Assembly (NCBI GenBank): GCA_001430755.1
Contig: CP013062.1
Coordinates: 90,001 to 122,000 of the forward strand
DNA from: Candidatus Peribacter riflensis
GTDB lineage: Bacteria > Patescibacteriota > Gracilibacteria > Peribacterales > Peribacteraceae
DNA length: 32,000 nt
Reading direction: 5' to 3'
Every line of letters begins with the position of its first letter. The stretch's first letter is position 1. The notes under the pieces are model-generated. The model saw only the letters and a program-made list of their open reading frames with translations, did not search any database and was not told the DNA's origin. Below, one piece after another: positions 1 to 7,527 of this stretch. The translations under genes were made by a program, and so were the position numbers.

Positions 1-133
1 GCTTCCGCATGTGACGTGCTTAGGGGAGGTACGATCCGGGGCCAGAGGATGGCGGCTGGATCTCTCTGTACACGATGAATATTGTTACGGGGTGGCCTGT
101 GAAACGACGCAGAGAGAAAAGCACGAGTGGTTA

Positions 134-808
134 CTATCGAGCGAAAGACCAATTCTGAGAGTATTGCTGCCACGCATTAATTTCCATTTCACAAAGCTTT
201 CGTTTCTTTTCATTTGGCATCTTGGCACAGAGAGAAGGATCTTTCATTTTAAAGGCATATCGTCTCTCGCAGATTTCCCGCAAGCCAGGCGGATCGGTGG
301 AGATCTTGTCGCACTCATACACGTTCGGCAACGAAGCAGAACGCTCTTCATGGCACCAATCGCGGAGGATTCGTTGATCATAGGCATTACAATCATCGAT
401 GCCCAAGTTTGGCGAGAAGACGTTATATGCTCCGCAGTTTATTTTCTCTTTGGTGCTTCCACAGCCAACGCCTTCCCAGAGTTTGCCCTTCACTGCCCCC
501 AAGCATGACCATCCGTAACTGCTCGGCATCAGAAGCTCACATGCGGAGGGATCTTTGGCGGTTTTGGCGTACGAATAAATGCACGATGCTCTTTGTTCTG
601 CGGCAGTGGGCGACATAATCTCAAACCAAATCAGATCCCAGCACTCGTTCGCTGGCCTCCCGTTCTTTACGAGATACTCGGCCAGATCCCACGGTGCCCA
701 ATTGATGTAGGGCCGGTGCCAGCCAAAGATTGTCATCCAACCATAGACGATCAGAGCTAAGACAGTTAGGGCGAGAGTGCCAATGAGGTATGGGGCACGG
801 AATCTCAT
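134..808 (-). CDS. Membrane-anchored cysteine-rich hypothetical protein (224 aa); candidate partner/immunity protein of the upstream lipase-domain giant protein
   Basis: Complete ORF. N-terminal hydrophobic helix (YLIGTLALTVLALIVYGW) followed by a ~190-aa domain with 12 Cys in paired helical-repeat-like spacing (DPSACELLMP..C, DPSLCAKMP..C, CNAY..RDWC, ECDKI..REIC). Its start at 808 lies 1 nt after the stop codon (810-812) of the upstream gene. GC is visibly lower than the window average. Confidence 0.7.
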   Translation of the reverse strand: MRFRAPYLIGTLALTVLALIVYGWMTIFGWHRPYINWAPWDLAEYLVKNGRPANECWDLIWFEIMSPTAAEQRASCIYSYAKTAKDPSACELLMPSSYGWSCLGAVKGKLWEGVGCGSTKEKINCGAYNVFSPNLGIDDCNAYDQRILRDWCHEERSASLPNVYECDKISTDPPGLREICERRYAFKMKDPSLCAKMPNEKKRKLCEMEINAWQQYSQNWSFAR

Positions 809-809
809 A

Positions 810-3800
810 CTAGTTTCCTAGGATAGGGGAACCATTTTCATCTTGCGAATAGAACTGGTAGGCGTTTGCTATCCATGCCTGCTTTCCGTTATCCGCTCCA
901 CTCGTGAATGTCGTCAACGACGGGTTGGCATAGAAGCAGCCTTCCCAATTATTCTCCCGCGCGCTGAATTCCGCAGCATTGGAACGGAGATTGGGCAGGG
1001 AAAATCGGTTTGCTATTACATCGCTAGGATTCTCCTTCTGTCTCCTCAAGAGTCCTGAGAAGAGAGATACGGCAAATCCGTGTTCATTGTAGGCATCGCG
1101 GAGTTCATCGGCAGTTTCAATTCCAAGCGCTGTAAAATAGTGTTGTGAAGCGACCATCTGTGCGGCAGCGGCGTCCCACGATCCCTGTTCGTAATTTTCG
1201 GGAGCGACGATGCTGAAAGCGTACTGCGCCGTGAGTGCGCGATTCCTGTCTCCGAATGTGCTTGAATGGAACGCGTACGAGTTCGCCGCGATGTTGGCGA
1301 ATGAGAAGTTGGGATCCTCGATTCCTTTGTACTTTCCTCCACCCAGCAGCTTGGAATCCGCCGCCGGATCCAGCGCGATCAAGGTCTGTACTCCGCCCGG
1401 TGTCCGCTTGCCAATTTCGTATGCCACGTATGCACCCCAGCTGTGGCCCACGAGGCAGATATTCTGCGTGCTGAAGCCAGCCGCCTGCAATTGATTGGTA
1501 ACCCATGTGCCCACGCTCTCAATCCAGCGTGAACCTTCCAGGCCGATGGGCGTGGCATTATCAGCTGCCCCGTCTCGCCAGTCCACGGTGGCGACTTGTG
1601 CGCCCAATGCATGAAGATTCTTAGTCAATTCCGCGATCTGACTACTCTCTTCACTATTCCCTCTCCCATGCACCACCACCCAGACGGGCTTGGAGGGATC
1701 GAGTTCTGACACTTTGTTGTAGTCAGTGATTCGTTGTCCGTTTTCAAACTCCGCCACACTCATGCTCACCGGCATTGCCACATCCCTCCCTTCGATACTG
1801 ACCATCCCCTCAATCTTCTGCGACCGATAGGGTTTGATTTCATACTGCACCGAAGTTGCAGAAGGCGCACAGTCAAATGTTGAATCGTCCCTCACGGTGA
1901 TCGTATATGTCCCCGGGAGCAGTGCGAGACTGACAGATTCCGCCGAGGCCACGGACTTGCCGGATGTGTAGGGTCCGACGGTGTGCCCGTCCACAGTAGT
2001 CCCCGAAAGAATCAGCGAGTAATTGGGGGGCAGTGAGGTATGTATGCCGCCGAAGGAGGGTTTGCCCGGCGAAGCCCACAGATTCACCATCTTTTTCTCC
2101 GTGAGCGTGAACGTCGAGGAGATCTTTTTCCCCGCCTCCGGCCTCATCGTGATTTCCCCCTTCATGTCTTCCCCTGCGGGGATCTCGCCGATTTGCTCGG
2201 CAATCGCCTCCGTCCCTTCCGCATCCGGTGCGTAATGTAGTGATGCGACCAGCTCCCTGCTCACTACATCAAGGTCCCCGTTCCCCGCTTCGATCACCTC
2301 GTCCACCCGGTCCGCCATCCGCTCCGCCTCCGCCGTGGTGATAGTGATCTGTGTGGTGCCATTGGCGAGTTGGCGTTCCCGCTGGATGTTGGAATCGTCG
2401 CTAATGGCTACGGACATCTGTGCCCGTGGATCGTTTTCCAGTCTGGCCCGGAGGACGAGGTCGGCGGCTCGTTGTCGTCTGCGCGCCTCGTTCTCACTCA
2501 CTTCCTGCTGCGTGTACCCGCGCGCGACGGTCCGGCGCTCCGCGAGGACAGAGACATTCACCTTGCCGTCGATTTCCGCGGACCAGATGCCGCTGCGCTG
2601 GCGCGCCGCATAGTTGTCGTGCAGGCGGGTGTCCTCCGAATCCTTGAAGACTAAGTCGTCGATGCGCTGGGCGACGATGCGGTTCGCTTCGGCGATGACC
2701 TGGTGCCGCGTGGGGAGCAAGACCCCGATCCCCTTGAGGCGTCCCACCGCCTCCCAGTAGTTCCGGGACGTGATGAGCTCCTCCAGCTCGCGGAAGAGCG
2801 GACCCTCGTTCTGCCCCTGCCGGATCGCGATGCAGGCCCGTACTCCCTTTTGCATGATTTCCGCCGCGGCGGCCGAGAAGATGTGCAGATCGCGGTCGAA
2901 CCGGTTGAGCTGGTCGAGGATGACGCCGTTGAGCCAGTCCCGCGTGTCGCCGCTCTGACCCTTGCTACCGCCGTCCTGCCACATGCGCATGACGGTTGCC
3001 TGGAAGTTTTCCGGCCGCCAGTCAGGATGCACTGTGAAGAAATACTCGTGCATCTTCTCGGGGGAGACGAAGAGGGATGATCGTTCGTAGAGATCCTGCG
3101 CCTGCGTCTCCCACAGGGCGCGGTTCACGCCGTCGATGATGGGATTCGTGCTCAGGTTTATCTGCTTTTCGAGCAGCAGTTCCAGTCGTTCCTGCTCCAG
3201 GAGTTCTGTTGTCTCCTCGGTCAGTGTCTGCGCGATCCGTTCGGCGGGTGTGCCGTCAGAGCCCAGTGCCGACAGAGAAGCGGATCGGGCCAGAGAAGCG
3301 CCGTCCGCGGACCACTGATCCTGGGCATCCATCACCGTGAGAACGCTGCCGTCCCACTGCACCGTGACGGTATCGCGCACCGTGCCGCTACGATCCTGCA
3401 GAGAGAACGCATACTGGCCCGGCGTGTTCGGCGTGAGTGTGAGGAGCGCCACCCCCGTTGTCGTGCCTCCGGGGTGCGAGTGCATTTCCTGTCCGTACAG
3501 CCCTCCCGTACTGGAGGTAATCACGCTCTCGTCATCCGGCGAGGTGAAGTGCAGCACGGCGCTCGAGCCGCGCACGCTCATGACCTTCACGTCGTAGGGG
3601 AGCGGGGTATCCACCAGGCGGCCGGTATCGTGAGACGTCAGATTGTTGAATGTGGATGTCACGCGTGCCGCGTTCTGGAGGGATTCACGGGTATTGTACG
3701 TTGCCGTCGCACTGTCGACCTGTCTCATGCCATTTGCGCCCCGGCTGAAGTATCGAAACTCGAGATCGCCGTGCCAGCTGCCATCTTCGGGAGCGTACAC

Positions 3801-6143
3801 GAACGCGCCGTCCGGCTGGCCGGCTGGGTGGCTGAGCTCAGTCAGGCTTAAGCGCATGCCGTCGCGGTACACCTCCATGCGGGAATCCGCATCGGGAGAG
3901 CGGTAGTGCACGCGGAACCCGACGCGGATCTCCCCGCTGCGCAGCTCTGTCACCTGCGGTTCGATGCCCGTGATGCTGCCGTAGGCGATCGTCTCCCGTT
4001 GGGCGGCCTGCCAGTCTAAGAGAGCCTGTGCCGCATCCGCCTGTGCCTGCGGGAGTGCGGATTCCGCCTTGGCCAACTGTTCTGCCGCACCGCTCCGTTC
4101 CTTCTGCCTCTGCCCCACTTCTTCCGCGCTGATCGTGCGTACCGCGCTCAGGCCCGGCAACGCGATGCTGCGGTCATCCACGTTCTCGCGGACGTATCCC
4201 TTCAGGATGCGGAAATCCACCAGCGTGCCCACCACTTCGTTCGTGCCGTGTTTCATGATGCCGATCTGGGCATCGGCCGCAATGCCCTGGGGAATGCCGA
4301 AATCTACGGTGCCCGATCCCGCCGGCATCGCTTCGCGCTCGCCGAAGCCGCTGCCAAACATCACCGCATCGTAACCAGCCGGCATATCTGTGTAGTTGAG
4401 CCAGATCGTGCGATTGGGGAAGATGCCGTCGATCCGGAAAGAGGATGTGCCGACGTTCTTTTCCATCTGCGCTTCCAGGGCGGCTTTCTGCAGGACGCCA
4501 TCCGCTGCCGCGATGGTTTGGGACGCCGAAGCGATCGTCTGTTCGAGGGACTGCACTTCGTCTTGCGCCGATTGGAGAGCGGCTTCACACCCTGCCAAAC
4601 GCTCGTTGGCACCGGCCATGCGCTTTTCGTACTGCTGCACCTGCCGTTCGGTGAGCGAGAGCGCCGCCTGCTCCGTCGTCTGTTCAGATGGGAGACGTGT
4701 TGCCTCTTGTCCCTCTGCAGGTGTCGTGACCGTGGTGTCTGCCACCGTCGTCAGCTCCTCCGCCTCCGCCTCCGTGAGGGGCAATGCTGCCTCCTCCTCC
4801 GCGGCCGCCGTATCCGTCTGTGTCTGCGCCACGAAGGATGCAATCGGGGAGAAGCGCGCATCCTGAATGCCTGCGTTGAGGTAATTTCCATCGCCACCAC
4901 CCGTTCTCCTGCCTCCCACCCGTACCGCAGTCTTGCTGTCGTAGAGCGCCGTGATGTCCGCTCCCGTCTGGATGGTCTCGCCCGGCACATCCTGTCCATC
5001 CACCGTGATGGAAAGCTGGCGGTGTTCCAGATCAAAGATCGCCCGCACGGTCTGCCACTGCCCTACGGCAAGCGGAGTACCGGTTGTCCGGAAGGTGAGG
5101 TAGCTCCGTCCCTCTGCATCGCCGAACACATCGAATTGCAGTTGCCCGGTGTTGAGCATGCAGAAGTGGAAGCTCCTGTCTTCCGCTCCAGAATCATATT
5201 TGGTGATGATGGATTGTTGTTGAATGGCATTCACACGTATCTGCGTCTCGAGCGCGAACGATCCATCCGTGAAGACGGGGCTATCTGCGATGCACTCCAT
5301 GGATGACCCGTTGAATTCCCTTGTTCCCGATAGTAATGCCACAGGCTCGGCACGGAGCACGGCGTCGATCGCGGCAACAGTGGTCTGCTGCTCCTCTGCC
5401 ACTGGTTCTGCCGGTGTCTCCTCCTCCGCGATGACCGCATCCGTTGCGGCCGCCTCCTCCTGCGCGTCGAACGATTGGACGGGATAGTAGGTGATGTTCT
5501 CCATTCCGCCCTCGTAGATCCAGCTCCGCCCGCCGCCGAAGATCGTATCGCCCACCCGCACGGGGCTCACGCTATCGTAGATCGCCGTCACCGGGGGCAG
5601 GCCCTCCACCTGCGTTGCCGGAACAGCCACGCCATCCACCATGAGAGACATCTTCTGGCTCTGGATATCGAAGCTCGCCTGCACCTTCTGCCACACCCCC
5701 GCCTGCAGCGCCCCATCGGTCTCGGTCATCTGCATCTCATTGGCCGCAGGATTCCCGTAGACGCAGAACCGCAGCCGGCCGTCTGCGAGCATCGTAAGAA
5801 TGAAGCTCTGCCCCGGTTCGCTCTGCGAGTTGTACTTCGATACGAGCACCTGTGCGCGGATGGCGTTGGGCCGCACCGAGGCTTCAATGGTGAACGAGCC
5901 ATCCGTGAAGACGGGACTATCCGCAATACACTCCACGGTCGCGCTGCTGAATTCCTTCGCGCCCTCCAGCAGTTCCACGGGATCCCCACGCAGAACCATA
6001 TGAGCCGCCTGCACCGTTTCCTGCTGCATGGGCGTCAAAGCGGTGCCCGACATCATCTGCCGCGATTCGAGGCTTTCGAAGGAGAGGTGCTTTTCTCTGA
6101 GAGAAGGGGATTTCGGGGGCATGGAGGGGGAGGGGAAATTCAC
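810..6143 (-). CDS. Giant modular protein (1777 aa): 2x LamG/ConA-like modules, coiled coils, beta-rich middle, C-terminal lipase-type alpha/beta hydrolase
   Basis: 5334-nt ORF. Residues ~43-225 and ~254-440 are duplicated LamG-like modules, with the 14-aa stretch ECIADSPVFTDGSF identical in both. Two Ala/Gln/Glu-rich coiled-coil stretches follow. The C-terminal domain has VWVVVHG, the nucleophile elbow LVGHSWGAY (Ser codon 1440-1442) and LIALDPA, resembling the pancreatic-lipase-type family (GHSLGAH / GLDPA). There is no hydrophobic signal peptide, but the N-terminus carries FESLESRQMMS. GTG start at 6143; alternative ATG at 6122. Confidence 0.85.
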   Translation of the reverse strand: MNFPSPSMPPKSPSLREKHLSFESLESRQMMSGTALTPMQQETVQAAHMVLRGDPVELLEGAKEFSSATVECIADSPVFTDGSFTIEASVRPNAIRAQVLVSKYNSQSEPGQSFILTMLADGRLRFCVYGNPAANEMQMTETDGALQAGVWQKVQASFDIQSQKMSLMVDGVAVPATQVEGLPPVTAIYDSVSPVRVGDTIFGGGRSWIYEGGMENITYYPVQSFDAQEEAAATDAVIAEEETPAEPVAEEQQTTVAAIDAVLRAEPVALLSGTREFNGSSMECIADSPVFTDGSFALETQIRVNAIQQQSIITKYDSGAEDRSFHFCMLNTGQLQFDVFGDAEGRSYLTFRTTGTPLAVGQWQTVRAIFDLEHRQLSITVDGQDVPGETIQTGADITALYDSKTAVRVGGRRTGGGDGNYLNAGIQDARFSPIASFVAQTQTDTAAAEEEAALPLTEAEAEELTTVADTTVTTPAEGQEATRLPSEQTTEQAALSLTERQVQQYEKRMAGANERLAGCEAALQSAQDEVQSLEQTIASASQTIAAADGVLQKAALEAQMEKNVGTSSFRIDGIFPNRTIWLNYTDMPAGYDAVMFGSGFGEREAMPAGSGTVDFGIPQGIAADAQIGIMKHGTNEVVGTLVDFRILKGYVRENVDDRSIALPGLSAVRTISAEEVGQRQKERSGAAEQLAKAESALPQAQADAAQALLDWQAAQRETIAYGSITGIEPQVTELRSGEIRVGFRVHYRSPDADSRMEVYRDGMRLSLTELSHPAGQPDGAFVYAPEDGSWHGDLEFRYFSRGANGMRQVDSATATYNTRESLQNAARVTSTFNNLTSHDTGRLVDTPLPYDVKVMSVRGSSAVLHFTSPDDESVITSSTGGLYGQEMHSHPGGTTTGVALLTLTPNTPGQYAFSLQDRSGTVRDTVTVQWDGSVLTVMDAQDQWSADGASLARSASLSALGSDGTPAERIAQTLTEETTELLEQERLELLLEKQINLSTNPIIDGVNRALWETQAQDLYERSSLFVSPEKMHEYFFTVHPDWRPENFQATVMRMWQDGGSKGQSGDTRDWLNGVILDQLNRFDRDLHIFSAAAAEIMQKGVRACIAIRQGQNEGPLFRELEELITSRNYWEAVGRLKGIGVLLPTRHQVIAEANRIVAQRIDDLVFKDSEDTRLHDNYAARQRSGIWSAEIDGKVNVSVLAERRTVARGYTQQEVSENEARRRQRAADLVLRARLENDPRAQMSVAISDDSNIQRERQLANGTTQITITTAEAERMADRVDEVIEAGNGDLDVVSRELVASLHYAPDAEGTEAIAEQIGEIPAGEDMKGEITMRPEAGKKISSTFTLTEKKMVNLWASPGKPSFGGIHTSLPPNYSLILSGTTVDGHTVGPYTSGKSVASAESVSLALLPGTYTITVRDDSTFDCAPSATSVQYEIKPYRSQKIEGMVSIEGRDVAMPVSMSVAEFENGQRITDYNKVSELDPSKPVWVVVHGRGNSEESSQIAELTKNLHALGAQVATVDWRDGAADNATPIGLEGSRWIESVGTWVTNQLQAAGFSTQNICLVGHSWGAYVAYEIGKRTPGGVQTLIALDPAADSKLLGGGKYKGIEDPNFSFANIAANSYAFHSSTFGDRNRALTAQYAFSIVAPENYEQGSWDAAAAQMVASQHYFTALGIETADELRDAYNEHGFAVSLFSGLLRRQKENPSDVIANRFSLPNLRSNAAEFSARENNWEGCFYANPSLTTFTSGADNGKQAWIANAYQFYSQDENGSPILGN

Positions 6144-6287
6144 CCCCCATTCCAGAGGAGAAGGACGGCAACCGGAATGCCCGCAGGGAGGTGCCGTGGA
6201 GTGGAATGCCTGTTTATGTCTTCAGAGAGCGGAGAAAGGCGTTCTGGTGGGTGGTGGAACGGGGGTGGATGTTTGCTGTTTCTGTCC

Positions 6288-6327
6288 GACCTCACCCCCG
6301 GCCCCTCTCCTGCGCTCAGGAGAGGGG
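6288..6327 (+). repeat. CT/GA hairpin element, copy A (GACCTCACCCC-N3-CCCCTCTCCT-N6-AGGAGAGGGG)
   Basis: Perfect 10-bp stem (6302-6311 with 6318-6327) and a 6-nt loop, preceded by GACCTCACCCC. It overlaps the stop codon of the DUF559 gene (6316-6318). It is the inverted partner of copy B. Confidence 0.8.
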
Positions 6328-6726
6328 AGGTGTTTGTGTAGTGGTGTGTTGTGCAAGTTTTTCTCCTGCGTTGCCAATCCGATCCAATACCCCGGGGAGC
6401 GAGATCCGGACCTCTGCATTTTTGATGCGCATGACGCAATAACCGCAGCCGTGCAGGAATGCGTCCCGCTCGCGATCGTATGCTCTCCGGTCCTTTCGCT
6501 CATGGATACCGCCATCGACTTCGACGACCAGGCGGGATTCCTTGCACAGAAAATCGACGATGTATGGCCCGATATTCACCTGTCTGCGGAATTTGAGTCC
6601 CCGGCACCTGCGTGCTCTGGGTACTTTCCAGAGCATATTCTCTTCATGCGTCATCTTCCGTCTCAGCCGCTTTACAAAGGCGCATTTGTGTTTACGCTCC
6701 AGCGCGTCTCTGGTTTCTTCATTCAT
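6316..6726 (-). CDS. DUF559 / Vsr-like endonuclease-domain protein
   Basis: Motif series LKFRRQVNIGPYIVDFLC..RLVVEVDGGIH..DRERDAFL..GYCVMRIKNAEV is typical of the DUF559 restriction-endonuclease-like fold. The ORF track starts at a TTG (6765); I prefer the ATG at 6726 (MNEETRD...). Confidence 0.85.
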   Translation of the reverse strand: MNEETRDALERKHKCAFVKRLRRKMTHEENMLWKVPRARRCRGLKFRRQVNIGPYIVDFLCKESRLVVEVDGGIHERKDRRAYDRERDAFLHGCGYCVMRIKNAEVRISLPGVLDRIGNAGEKLAQHTTTQTPPLS

Positions 6727-6784
6727 AGGGCGGCCGATCCTACGCTCCGTTTTCCTGACAAACAAACATCCAACATCAACATTT

Positions 6785-6824
6785 CCCTTCTCCTCCAGAG
6801 AGGAGAGGGGAAAGGGGTGAGGTC
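6785..6824 (-). repeat. CT/GA hairpin element, copy B (inverted relative to copy A)
   Basis: The minus strand reads GACCTCACCCC-TTT-CCCCTCTCCT-CTCTGG-AGGAGAAGGG. Compared with copy A, the leader is 11/11 identical, the left stem 10/10 and the right stem 9/10. Confidence 0.8.
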
Positions 6825-6854
6825 ACCTCCCCCCATCCGCTACAATTCCCCCTC

Positions 6855-7256
6855 ATGCACCGAAAAGCCATCCTTCAATGGGCAGCGGCACACATCGAGA
6901 AAGCGGACCTCTCTTCCGCGTTGCGATCCAAAGCCTTGCGGGAACTTGAGAGGTATTTCTCCGGATCCTGTTCGTGTCGCATGGATGTGCCGCTCCCGGG
7001 TACCGCGTTTCAGCGCTTGGTCTGGCGCTCTCTCATTCGCGTTCCTTTTGGCCACACCATCACCTATGGGGAGCTGGCCACGCGCATCGGGCACCCCCGC
7101 GCCGCGCGGGCTGTGGGCACTGCCCTCCGCAAAAATCCGCTCCCCATTCTCGTGCCGTGTCACCGCGTTGTGCCCGCGTCGGGGGGCATCGGGGAGTACG
7201 TCGGTGGAACGCCGCGCAAGCGGTGGCTGCTACAGTTCGAGCGCACTGGTCGCTGA
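6855..7256 (+). CDS. ogt: Methylated-DNA--protein-cysteine methyltransferase (MGMT/Ogt), short form
   Basis: TAFQRLVWRSLIRVPFGHTITYGELA..PRAARAVGTALRKNPLPILVPCHRVV contains the PCHRV active-site motif. ATG start; 133 aa. Confidence 0.9.
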   Translation: MHRKAILQWAAAHIEKADLSSALRSKALRELERYFSGSCSCRMDVPLPGTAFQRLVWRSLIRVPFGHTITYGELATRIGHPRAARAVGTALRKNPLPILVPCHRVVPASGGIGEYVGGTPRKRWLLQFERTGR

Positions 7257-7463
7257 TGCGCTGTCGTCAGTGTCCGGCGCCGCCGCTTCGGCACCCGGAG
7301 TGCCGTTACCCCTCAGTAGAGCCATCATTGCGGCAGTCGGTTTCGCCTCGTAGGGATTGCCGATGGGCCCCGCATGTTTATCGCGAATGATTTCTTCCGT
7401 TTCGAAGACTTCGTCGAAGGGCGAAGGTGAGCGGGCCGGTGCGTCGGTCTTCAGAGGGGGCAT
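7230..7463 (-). CDS. Possible small hypothetical protein (77 aa)
   Basis: ORF with GC-rich third codon positions, lying 64 nt downstream of the S8 protease gene on the same strand. Its 3' end overlaps the ogt 3' end antisense by 27 nt. No recognisable motif. Confidence 0.25.
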   Translation of the reverse strand: MPPLKTDAPARSPSPFDEVFETEEIIRDKHAGPIGNPYEAKPTAAMMALLRGNGTPGAEAAAPDTDDSASATSALEL

Positions 7464-7527
7464 GGGCGCGCACTATTGTGCGTCCCGCTGTGAGAGTCAA
7501 GGCCGGAAGCCCACTATTCCCCCTGCA

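Noticed and set aside
4248-5306. 352-aa plus-strand ORF inside the LamG/lipase giant gene
   Set aside because: It is antisense to a strongly supported ORF. The sequence is low-complexity and Arg-rich, with no motifs.
6028-7353. 441-aa plus-strand ORF running through the DUF559 cassette and ogt region
   Set aside because: It reads through two hairpin repeats and lies antisense to DUF559 and out of frame with ogt. It has no domain signal.
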